From positions 32,001 through 96,000 of the forward strand of contig CBDBHR010000029.1 in assembly GCA_965205865.1 (NCBI GenBank): a DNA stretch of 64,000 nt. The letters are read 5' to 3'. Under the pieces are notes generated by a model, which saw nothing but the letters and a program-made list of their open reading frames with translations, did no database searches and was not told the DNA's origin. Each line of letters opens with the position of its first letter. Within the stretch, counting starts at the first letter, position 1. This stretch comes from a bacterium. Its GTDB lineage: Bacteria > SAR324 > NAC60-12. The translations under genes and the position numbers were made by a program. Shown one piece after another: positions 53,930 to 64,000 of this stretch.

Positions 53930-56900
53930 TCAAGGTCCATGGACATCGTTCAGGTTGAATTCGGGTAGGGCATCGATGATGCGCATGGTTTCGACGCTGA
54001 CATGTACGATGCGGTTGATTGCGGTTACCAGGTCTTGCGGGTGCTTGAACCAGGCATTGGGATCGTTGACGATGCCGCTTTGCTTGTCCTTTGTAATCCG
54101 GTAACGATCGATGAACCACTCCAGGGGCGTTTTCCCGTTGACCTGATAGCGATGAGCGGCGGCGGGAATGCCCTGTAAGCTCACGTGCTCGTTGATGCGC
54201 AGGGTGGTTTTTTCGTTGTCGAGGATACGCATTTTCTGGTGACCGATGCGAAAATGCTCCGCTCTTGCCTCTCCATCGTGCGCGCACTTGATTGTCAGCG
54301 GGTATTCTTCACAAGTCTCATAACCGAGGTGGAGGGTGGCCAGGTCAAGCCCGGCCTGGGCAAACGAATGGAAATCCGTTGCGAATGGAATGCGTGGTAA
54401 CTCTTTCGCCAGATCATTGGCAAACTGTTTGCGAAAACCGGGGGAGTGCAGGAACCCGTAAACATAGTCGAAAATTTGGTCCTTGGCGATCGAGTCATCT
54501 CGATAATGCGTGCGAAACTTTCGCAATGCCGTGTCCGTGATGTTATCGATACGATCCAGAATTTGTCCTAATCCCGGGTTCGCTCCCTGTCCTTCCATCA
54601 CTTTCGAATACTCATACCGAGGGAAGCATTGACTCTTCGAGATCAGCTCGAGATCCGGCATTGAATCGACCATAAGCGCGGAAAATGGCGTAGTCGATCC
54701 AATCCCGGGGACACAGATTGCACGATTTTCTGTCGAACTGTGCGGGAAAATGCGATCAAGTTGGTACTTGCGATTTACAAGAACATATTCGACATAGCAG
54801 TTTTGCTTGACAAATGGACGATATTGCGTATTTCTATTTTTTTTTGGTTCGAAGGAAATTTTTTTCAATCTTTTGAGATTGTCTTTTAATTGGTCATCCC
54901 ATCGAATATGCGAAGAGTGAGAGCGTGCGACCTGATCTGCAATAAGATTGGGATTCTCTTTGTAAGTCTGAATTGCTCCCAAATAGTCTCCAGTCGCCAA
55001 TCGTGCGTTTTGTGCGCAAGCGTCATGAGAAAAATTATAAACGTACGCGTCTCTGCTGGTATTCAATCCTTGTGAATACAAAATGAAAACAGCATTGTCT
55101 GACTTTCCTGCCTTGGCTTCCTTCGATCCCATTGGAAAGATGCGTTGGAACTCTTCGTTGCGTTGGTCCACCCAGTCGTGATGTCGATCAGGCGTGATCG
55201 GTTGCCAGTCTTTGATGCCAGCGATTGATCCCGCATTACGGAGGATTGCCAGTTTCTCTTCACGTTTGAGATAGTCACCGATATCGTGATAGAGGATACG
55301 ATGACTGTCGCGATTGACATGCGGATTACGAACGAGGATGGTGATGGCGACTGGTGCGCGTGAGCCCTGGCCAAATGCATTATCACCTTCTGAACGTCTG
55401 AGTTCACCTGACGTTCTAGCATTCCCCCGCAGGTGCAGCACATAAATGGAGCTGAACTCTTCTGCCAGGCAGGCCCGGACACCGGAATCTGCATTGCCGT
55501 CGATCCAGGAACCATTGCTGACAAAAGCGATAACGCCTTGTTTGCCAATCCTGTCCGAGGCCCAGCGGATTGCCATTTTATAGGTATCGTAAAGGCTGTT
55601 TTTCAGTGTTACGTTGGAGCGAGCGGCGTAAGTTTCGCTAACACGGTTCTTTAACTCAGGGTAGTCGACGTTGGGATTGTCTTCCGCCGCGCTCTTTTGT
55701 CCCTTTGACCACGGTGGATTGCCTACGATAACCTGGATCGGCTGATCCTGTTGACGTTCCGCGCGTTCGCTGTTGTCCGGTAGCCAGGATCTGGGGAACC
55801 CCTTGCGTCCCGTGTGCAGATTGAAGGTGTCCGTTAAAACGATTCCATCGAAAGGTTCATAAGCGATTTCCTTACCACGGCGGCCATGGTAGGCCTCTTC
55901 GATGTGAATGGCCGCAATGTAATAGGCGAGCAGGATTATCTCGTTGGCATGAAGCTCGCGGTGGTACTTCCTGGAAAGATCGGTTGGTTTGATCAGTGCT
56001 GACTGGAGCAAGCGCACCAGAAAAATTCCTGTGCCGGTGAAGGGATCGAGGACGTGCACGCCTTCATCGCTCAGACTCCGGCCGAACTCCTCACGCAACA
56101 CATGATCTGCGCTGTTGAGAATGAAGTCCACGATTTCCTTGGGGGTGTAGACGATGCCGAGGCGGTCGGCATCCTTTTTCAGGGCGGTGGCGAAGAATTT
56201 CTCATAGAGTTCCATCAACACGCGCTGGCGGGCATCGCTGTTGTCGAGTCCACGCGCACGCAAACGAACGCTTTCGTAGAAAGGCTCGAGATCCCGCGTT
56301 TCGTTTTCGAGCCCGAATTCTCCGAAATCTCGCTGCAGAGCATCCAAGGCCTTAGCCACCGGATTGCTGGCAGCGAAATCATAATGCACGAAGAGGGCTT
56401 CGAAAACCGGTCGCGTGAGGAGATGCTGGGCCATCATGTCAATGGCATTCTCTTTGCAGATCGATTCGTTGATCGAGACTTTGAGTTCCTCGTGGAAGGC
56501 ATCGAACCACTCACTGAGGGTTGCATTTTGGGGACTGGCCAGCAAACTCTCGATGCGATGGACCAGTTTCCGGAATATTTCCCCCACGTCCTTGGCCCAG
56601 CTTTCCCAGTATTTACGATCTCCGCATTTTTCCACGACTTTGGCATAAATCGCGCCGGGAGGCAGATCTACCGGTGGAAATGGAAATTCCGGGGCTTCCG
56701 CAGTTGCGAGGTCATTGCCACTGAAGATAATGCGACTGGTCGGATTGTTGTTGAGATCAATATGATTGATCTCGGCATTGAACCGGTCATCGTGTGAACG
56801 CAAGGCGCATAGAACGCTCCAGACGGCGGCAAAGCGTTCGTTGTCGTTAAGAGCCTTTGCGGGATCGATGCCGGCGGGAATGGCGATGGGCAATATGATG

Positions 56901-58676
56901 TAACCGTATCCTTTGCCCTCGGACTTGCGCATGACGCGACCGACGGCCTGGACGATGTCAACGTGTGAGTTTCTGGGATTCATGAAAAGCACCGCATCCA
57001 GAGCGGGCACGTCGATCCCTTCGGAAAGGCAGCGCGCGTTGGAGAGAATACGACAGTTTTCCCCGGAACCTTCCTTCAGCCATTCGATACGGGATCTACG
57101 ATCGAGGGCGTGGTGCTGACCGTCCACATGTTGCGTCTCGCAGTTAAACGTAGAGGAGTGTTTTGAGTCGGGTAAGGACTCGATGGCATGTTCGACGATG
57201 CGGTTCCAATGGCTCTGCAACCTCTTCGAGGAGGCAATCGTGTTGGTGAATGCGATTGCGCGGGTCAGGGGAATCAGCGGTCCTTCTCGAGAATCTTTGT
57301 TCTCCGGATTTTGCAGGGCATTCCAGCAACCAATGATTTTCGCCGCGTCGGTGATGTTGATTTCGCTGTCTCCTTCTGCCAGGTGCGCCTGCAGAGCCTC
57401 ATCTACGAACTGCTCGGACATGGCGAAAACCACGACTTTGTAATCGGACAACAGGTCCTGCTCGACCGCGCGGGAGAAGGGAAGCCGGTGAAACTCCGGT
57501 CCGTAGGTGTCAGGATCATCCATGGAGAACACTTCGACGTCGTGGCGCGCCGCCTTTGCTTTGGCGCCTGCCGTGTAGAGACGGGGCGTTGCTGTCATAT
57601 AAAGACGCTTTCTGGCCCGGATCCTCTTTTTATCGTGAACGAGTACGAAGTGTGAAGTCTTGTCACCGGGACGATCAATACCAGTCGTTCTGTGGGCTTC
57701 GTCGCAGAGCACGATATCAAAAGCAGGCGCTCCTCCATCCTGCGCACGTTCCACAAGGCCGAGCGACTGGTAAGTACAAAAGACCACCGTCATCACGTCC
57801 TGATGCGCATCCTCCAGTGCTTTGGAAATCACCACTGTATCCGTGGTGACCGGAATTTCAAGCTCCTGCATCGATGCGTCCTCATCGTCTTTACCGGCAC
57901 GCGTATCGGAGCAAATACCGACGTAGCGTTGTGGAACAGCCTTTTGCGTCGCCCATTCCCGCATCGACTGGGAAAAGAGGGAAATCGATGGCACCAGGTA
58001 AAGCACCCGGCCGCCGATCCCTGCGGCGTCTTCCGCAATGCGCAGGGCGGTAAAGGTCTTTCCCGTACCACAAGCCATGATCAATTTGCCCCGGTCATAT
58101 TGTTCAAATTGCCTTTTGACGTCGTGCAATGCAGCCTGCTGGTGAGGGCGAAGTATGAACGGTTCATGCCTGTAGGAAAGCTCTTCCGGATCGGCTCGAG
58201 TCAAATCGGGCCAGTCGAAAGGTCGGCTTGCGAGATCACTGTGGTGGATCACGGCGCATGAGGGTTTCAGGGGTTCGATCGTTTTTTTCGCGTTCGGTCC
58301 CCATTCGGCACCGGTATCGACGACGATACGAGAGGTGAACGGGTCACGTGCCGAAGCGGAGACAAAGGAGTCGAGAGCGGGTTTCGATATCCTGGTGTCA
58401 GGCGCGTAGCACTTGCACTGAATGGCGCAGTAGCCTCCTCCCCGTTCCTCCGCGACCAGATCGATGCCCGTATCGATTGCCATCGAATTCAGCCTGCTCT
58501 TCCGCCCATTCGGAGTAAAGCCGGACCTGGGAAAATCGTTCCTTGTATACGGGATCCTCCGTCAGGTACTTCTTCATCAACCGCTCGAACTTACGCCCTT
58601 TCGCCGCTTCAGTGCCTGCAGTGGAGCGGATGTGTTCCAATGCACTCTGAAATCCGTTGTTTTCGTTCATCTTCAA
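53930..58676 (-). CDS. Type ISP restriction-modification enzyme, copy 2, with a single +1 frameshift near 58475
   Basis: Same domain order as copy 1. CCGTATCGATTGCC here versus CCGTATCATTGCC in copy 1 splits off the N-terminal ~65 aa. Confidence 0.92.
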
Positions 58677-58815
58677 TAAACTCTAATTTTTGACTTGATA
58701 AAGTGAGAAATCGTCAGACTTGATCTTCATTTTCAGTGATCTCCCTCATTTCCATGCATTTCCTATTCTTAAAAAAATTTATTTCTTGAGAAAACAAAGA
58801 ACTGAAGAATTCGGA

Positions 58816-60228
58816 TCAGTTTTTTGATGTATCTTTCATGCTCGGTACATCCGGAAATTTCACTATCTCACCTTCTGATTCAACGATTGCTTTCCGGATT
58901 TTCTCGGAAAAAGATGAGTCTCGTATGCATTTCAAGTACTTGACCAGTGGGAACATGTCCGGCGTGTGAACCAGTGCCGTCCCAGTTCGTTTTGAAGCTT
59001 GACAGACCGTAACTGTGAAGAGTGGTTGTTTTCGATTGTCCGGTTCGGTAAGTCTGAATGGGTTACCAAACAAAACTCCCTTTGCTGGCTCTGCTATTTC
59101 AGACTTGTCCAAATCTTCATGGATATGCCGTTCCAACTGCTGGAACTTTTGGATGTTAATGGCTTTATTATCCTTACCTTCGACTTCACCAAGACAACGT
59201 CCCTCTGCTGATTCAAAGACAATGTCGAAGTCTGATTCATTATCACTGTACCGGTCTGCCCTGAAGCCGAATGTTTCCATGGCATCAATGACAGCTGATT
59301 CCAGTGCTTTTCCAGTCTCGTACAGAAGTGCTCTTGGCAGGGTTTGCTTCTCAAGGTCTTGAATGCTTGAATCGTGTTCTATTTTCAGCTTATGAATCTC
59401 TTCCTCAATTTTTGTGACTCGACAAAGCAAGATCTTTTCTCCTTCAAGAATGTACATCTCCGTTTTGCACCAATCAGGCTGGGGAGTACGGGTCGTACCG
59501 CTACGAAGGACTTTATGGATCTGGACCAAACAGTCAATTAAAGCATTTCCCTGATTCGAATTTTCCAGGTCCAAAGCAGGCAGCAGAATGAAGTGGCCGC
59601 TGCTGCCCTTGATCCATGATGCAACGCACCGGTCACCAGAACTGGTGACCATCAAGGGTAAATTTTTATTCTGTGAATCATTAGAATGACAGAAAGCATT
59701 CTGTGAATCATTAGAACGACAGAAAGCATAATGTACTTTATATTGAGAGGATATCACTGCATTGTTTTCCAATATGAAGCTAAGAAATTGACCATCCTTC
59801 GTAAGTTTCATTTTCTTGCCAGTTTCTACTTTGATTGAACGGAAGTCGATCGGAAGACATTCATAGTTATTGAAATGATGGTATTGGCGTTGAACCGATT
59901 TACGATGGTATTGGCGTGGAACCGATTTACTGAAATGATGGAGTTGGTTGACTTAGAAAGATAAAGATCGTCTTACCTGCAATAAAAGGCGTCCCGTAGT
60001 TTTTCCTGCCAACTGGACATCAACGATTTCATTTGATCGCTAACTATTAATTCATTTGATGGGAGATCGTCTGGTTTTATAGTTCAAGTCTCTGAGCATG
60101 TTTTCAAGATCAGGTTCAAAAATAATTATGTCCGCATCGAGGAGCGATTGCTTGGAGTTGAAGGGCACATATTGGTGGTCGTAGCCTGGAATCTTTTTCC
60201 CAACGCAAAAAATTTCTTCTTTTGCCAT
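58816..60228 (-). pseudogene. Hypothetical protein with a C-terminal PD-(D/E)XK-like domain, 5' part frameshifted
   Basis: Start MAKEEIFCVGKKIPG..SLLDADIIIFEP. C-terminus DFDIVFES..LGEVEGKD..QL. Confidence 0.65.
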
Positions 60229-60877
60229 ACAAATTTTTCTCAGCGATCGTTATGCAGGAAATGTCCTAAAATTAGTTGAAAATTGAAAGATGACCTTCCA
60301 TTCTTATGTTGTGGTTTCATTGACCACGTAAAAACCAACCCCAACGAAGGGAGGTCGTATGAAAAAGGTAAGCAAAATCCTGAGAAAGAAGCAACGCGGA
60401 AGATCGAGTGGAGACGTATAAAGAATTGCTAGCCAGTGAGTTTGAGTCTTCCACTGCGCATTGGACATGGTTGAGAACTACGACATTAAAATTAAATCTA
60501 CGCAAAAACCCTTTGCAGTCAAGTCCGAATCACAATTCATATGAGCAATCATTGAAAACATCGATCCCTTACCTTTGTCCCCATCAAAACGTCCAGTGTC
60601 CGCCAAATGAGAGTCTCGAAATATTCCGGATTCGCATCAAAAGGGCCTTATTGAGTCAAAGTATACAAAACCCCGTCAATGGTGTCCTTCAGGCGCCATT
60701 CAGCCTTTTTCACGCCAGGCCTGCGTTGCATTACTTAATCATATCAGCTCAAGAACAACACAGTAGGGTTGACTACTCATAAAAAGTGTGTCATTCAATA
60801 TTCAAGATACAATGCAAGCATAAATACCGCACACCGAATGGTGAGCACAAGACGAGCTGAAAACAAAAGGGAATCGT

Positions 60878-61135
60878 ATGATCATGGATACTCAGGAAGC
60901 ATTTGAGGACTTGCAACAAGTTGGTTTTCAACAGGAGCAAGCAAAGGTCATTGTCAAATTATTGCGGAACACGGAAGCCAGGGGGATTACGCAAAGCGAT
61001 CTCGAGACACTAGGAACCAAAATTGATGCAAAATTTAACGTGCTCAATTCTCGCATGACAGTATTACAGTGGGTTGTGGGATTGCACTTCACATTCACAG
61101 TAGCCATCCTGGCCAAGCTGTTTGAAGTTATCTGA
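60878..61135 (+). CDS. DUF1640/CCDC90-like small coiled-coil protein with a C-terminal TM segment
   Basis: DTQEAFEDLQQVGFQQEQAKVIV..TQSDL..LQWVVG. Confidence 0.7.
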   Translation: MIMDTQEAFEDLQQVGFQQEQAKVIVKLLRNTEARGITQSDLETLGTKIDAKFNVLNSRMTVLQWVVGLHFTFTVAILAKLFEVI

Positions 61136-61402
61136 AAGTGCCAGGCACGAATTCTCTCCACTGCCACCTGCCGACCGGACTTCATGATCCGGAGTATGAA
61201 TTTGCGCAAATGCCTTTGTTTTCCCATCAATCTGCTCCAGCTGTCGACAGACTGAAGCAGTGACCCGAGTTGCCGTATTCCTCCAACCCCCTCTGCCTAT
61301 TGACCTACCTGAAAACGTGGCATCACAGTTGTTTTAAGAGCTTCTGAATTTTCCGGATTCGCATCCAAAGGCCCTTTTTGAGTCAAAACACGCACACCTC
61401 TT

Positions 61403-61726
61403 TCAACAAATCGCCGTCGCCACTGGTTCCAACTCTCCCTTGTGCAGTTTATTTGTAAATTCACTGTAAGAACAGCGAAATCTTCTTTCCAAAGCAAGGT
61501 AGTAAGCGTCAAGAATAAGAAAAATTATCGTCGGAATTACAGCCAACCGGACGAGGTCCGGAGTATCGTTCGTAGCTAACAAGACCAAAGTAGCGGAGAC
61601 AATCGTAATTCACCACAGCTTACAAGAACGGCTGTTGTCCGCCATTCTTTGTACGACTCCTTGTAATATGGAAAGGTGGCATTGGACAGCAGAGCTTTCC
61701 TCATTGAGAATTGACTTGTCACTCAT
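61403..61726 (-). pseudogene. Small multi-TM protein with an in-frame TGA
   Basis: HLSILQGVVQRMADNSRSCKLW*ITIVSA..LDAYYLALERRFR reads in one frame. Confidence 0.7.
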
Positions 61727-61987
61727 GTGATCCTCGCCTGATAAATCCGTCAAACCACGATTGCCGGCCCAATGGACTTTTGACTTTTCGTATGAATCTT
61801 CGGCACTGTTTGCATTTTGAGGAATTAGAGGGTATTTCAAGTATGAGAAAAGAATCCCTAACGATCGCCTGAATGTTTATCACAAAACTCTTCTACTCGT
61901 CAAGTCTCGATTCGCTTGTATTGGCACGTTGAACGCAGGAAAAGTAAGTGCTATATTTCATTATCAGAGAATAGAATGGAGGTCTGA

Positions 61988-62272
61988 ATGGATGTAAAAG
62001 AAGCGGCGCGTACAGCGAAAAATTATCTTGTCAGTCTATTTGATGACGAAGAGATTATGAACGTCGGCCTGGAAGAGGTCGTGTTCGAAGAAATGTCAAA
62101 TAGTTGGAGAATAACTATAGGCTTCTCCCGGCATTGGGACCAGAAAGGAATCTTGACTACTGCACTTGGCGAGGGACGGCCAGCACGCTCATATAAAGTC
62201 TTATGTATCGATGATGTTGACGGTCAGGTCAAATCCCTGACAGACCGTGTCCTGCCTGACCTGAAAAGCTGA
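61988..62272 (+). CDS. Hypothetical protein, partner of the PIN protein
   Basis: VGLEEV..WRITIGF..RSYKV. Translationally coupled (TGATG) to the next gene. Confidence 0.75.
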   Translation: MDVKEAARTAKNYLVSLFDDEEIMNVGLEEVVFEEMSNSWRITIGFSRHWDQKGILTTALGEGRPARSYKVLCIDDVDGQVKSLTDRVLPDLKS

Positions 62273-62733
62273 TGCGCCAAAAAGGACTTTACATCGATGC
62301 GAGTCTCCTTGTGCTGCTTGTCGTAGGCAGCGTGGGACGAAAGTTGATCGCCAAGCACCGCCGACTACGAGAATTTTCTGTGGAAGATTACCAGTATTTG
62401 CTCAACCTGATCGACCAAGTGGCCCGGGTGTTCGTAACACCGAACACCCTGACTGAAACGTCTAATTTGATTGCTCAGCATGGAGAACCCGAGCGTGGCC
62501 GCTTTTTTGACAAGCTCAGAGTCCTTATTGAGAAGACAAAGGAAGTGATGGTTGCCAGTACAGAAGCCTCGCATATCCACGAGTTCAGGCGGCTTGGGCT
62601 AACCGACGCGGCGCTTCTGGTGGTTGTCACGGCGGAAACCCCGCTGATCACCGTGGATTTGGAGTTGTACCTCGCGGTGTCAGCAAAAGATCCAAAAGCT
62701 GCTAAGAATTTCTGGCATCTTCGGGACCAATAA
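62272..62733 (+). CDS. PIN-domain ribonuclease
   Basis: IDASLLVLL, TPNTLTETSNL, LGLTDA and LITVD acidic motifs. Confidence 0.85.
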   Translation: MRQKGLYIDASLLVLLVVGSVGRKLIAKHRRLREFSVEDYQYLLNLIDQVARVFVTPNTLTETSNLIAQHGEPERGRFFDKLRVLIEKTKEVMVASTEASHIHEFRRLGLTDAALLVVVTAETPLITVDLELYLAVSAKDPKAAKNFWHLRDQ

Positions 62734-62881
62734 TCGTTTGTCCACCCTGTCGAAAAATCAGACCAATGCCCACTTCATTTTCCTTCGAACGACAGTGTGG
62801 GAAGCCTCAGAAATTCTGCTAACAATCAAAGTTACGGTCGTATGTTTTCAACCTAACGGGATCTGAGCGATACTTCGAAAT

Positions 62882-63343
62882 GGGGTCAGGCTTGCAAGTT
62901 TGCAAAAATGGGTATTCTTTAAATTTTAACCTTTTTCAATTTGCCAAGATGTCTCGGAAAACGCGTTTGTACGGACTCTGGTACGCTTTATCATGTGATA
63001 CTTCGAGGCAATGAGGCCACCGTTGTCGCCGCCGCTCCCCCACGTATTTCACTCACATTTGGCCCCAGCACAACCAAGTCCGGTGGAGGCCCGTCCACCG
63101 TGATCGGCCGAGCGTCCGAGCATTTTTCGATGACTACGACTCTCGACGTTTTATCAGTCTTCGATTGGAAATCTGCAACAATCCGGGAAGTGGCAAATGC
63201 TCTCAATCGAGATGATTCTACTATCGGTCGTGGAGAGCATAAGTTGAGAGAAAGATTGAAGGAATCCACAAATCTCCAAGAGCGGTTAAAAAACTCAACC
63301 TAAAAATGTTTTCTTAAATTCGCAAACTTGCAAGCCTGACCCC
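62882..63343 (+). mobile_element. RAYT-derived element, copy 3, with two short foreign inserts
   Basis: Same ends and interior as the other copies. The extra 63018-63042 and 63046-63122 match 63625-63649 and 63701-63777. Confidence 0.88.
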
Positions 63344-63435
63344 CTCACTCCGCCATGTAGGCCCATTACGAAATGCAAGAGCTTTTCAAGTGGCTTTAGT
63401 TTACGTCCAAACTTGCGGACGATGACGAACAATTG

Positions 63436-63790
63436 TTAGTGGTGTCGGACTCCCTGGGCACCACATCCACGCATGCGCCGTAGTAGTACGTGCCAGCCTT
63501 CGACGGCGCCGTCAGCTTGATCGTCGCTCGCGTAGTTGCCGGAAGGGAAAAGCGTATTCACCGCGTCCGTGCCCACCGTCGTGTCAGAGGTCGTGATCGT
63601 CCCGTCCGTTGAGCGTTTATACCGCACCGTTGTCGCCGCCGCTCCCCCATCGCCTTGGTTGTGCACCGTCACTATGAGCCAAAACGTCCCATCCTCTCTG
63701 ATTTCACTCACATTTGGCCCCAGCACAACCAAGTCCGGTGGAGGCCCGTCCACCGTGATCGGCCGAGCGTCCGAGCAGTTGTTGGTGGAA
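63436..63790 (-). pseudogene. CARDB/Ig-like surface protein fragment
   Basis: PDLVV..TVHNQGDGGAAATTVRY.RSTD.TITTSDT.VGTDAV. A shifted frame gives GTYYYGACVD. Confidence 0.75.
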
Positions 63791-63792
63791 AC

Positions 63793-64000
63793 GGGGTCAG
63801 GCTTGCAAGTTTGTAAAAACGGATAAATTAACCTTTTTTTAATTTGCCAAGATGTCTCGGAAAACGCGTTTGTACGACTCTGGTACGCTTTATCATGTGA
63901 TACTTCGAGGCAATGGAGGCCAACGTATTTTTTTCGATGACTGCGACTCTCGTCGCTTTTATCAGTCTTCGATTGGAAATCTGCAATAATCCGGGAAGTG
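63793..64000 (+). mobile_element. RAYT-derived element, copy 4 (runs off the window)
   Basis: GGGGTCAGGCTTGCAAGTTTG followed by the same interior. Confidence 0.88.

Noticed and set aside
61855-61935. Additional attC site (CCCTAAC...GTTGAAC)
   Set aside because: No convincing L-box complementarity between the arms.
1-64000. CRISPR array or cas genes
   Set aside because: No regularly spaced 25-45 bp repeats with unique spacers were seen. The tandem repeats are two-unit duplications with no spacers.
1-64000. tRNA or rRNA genes
   Set aside because: No cloverleaf or rRNA-like conserved blocks were recognised by eye.

Overview
Bacterial window with a small intact core block and large decaying accessory regions. 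The core block (about 15.5-25.5 kb) carries hppA, argD, rtcB, lptF, obgE and an ABC substrate-binding protein. Positions 1-14.5 kb hold nested IS elements and a GC-rich catabolic gene set (PhyH-like dioxygenases, enolase-superfamily racemase, Zn-ADH, SDRs, FAH-family hydratases), much of it broken by MITE insertions or nonsense mutations. Positions 25.8-28.5 kb look like an integrase-less attC cassette cluster on the minus strand. It has a toxin-antitoxin cassette and a toxin/immunity-like cassette, and an internally deleted group II intron appears to sit inside one attC in the cassette-sense orientation. Positions 29.5-64 kb form a defence island: two diverged type ISP restriction-modification copies, each with the same upstream PD-(D/E)XK-like partner, an XcyI-like type II RM pair, a DUF4365-TPR protein, HigBA, a TcmP/DUF5131 pair, DUF4268, an ADP-ribosylglycohydrolase and a PIN pair. 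The island is punctuated by repeated GGGGTCAGGCTT...AAGCCTGACCCC elements derived from a RAYT-like Y1 transposase, and their ends often coincide with cargo breakpoints. At least four MITE families are present. The gene mix suggests a marine, possibly host-associated lineage, but that is inference only. All family names come from motif recognition by eye, not from database searches.
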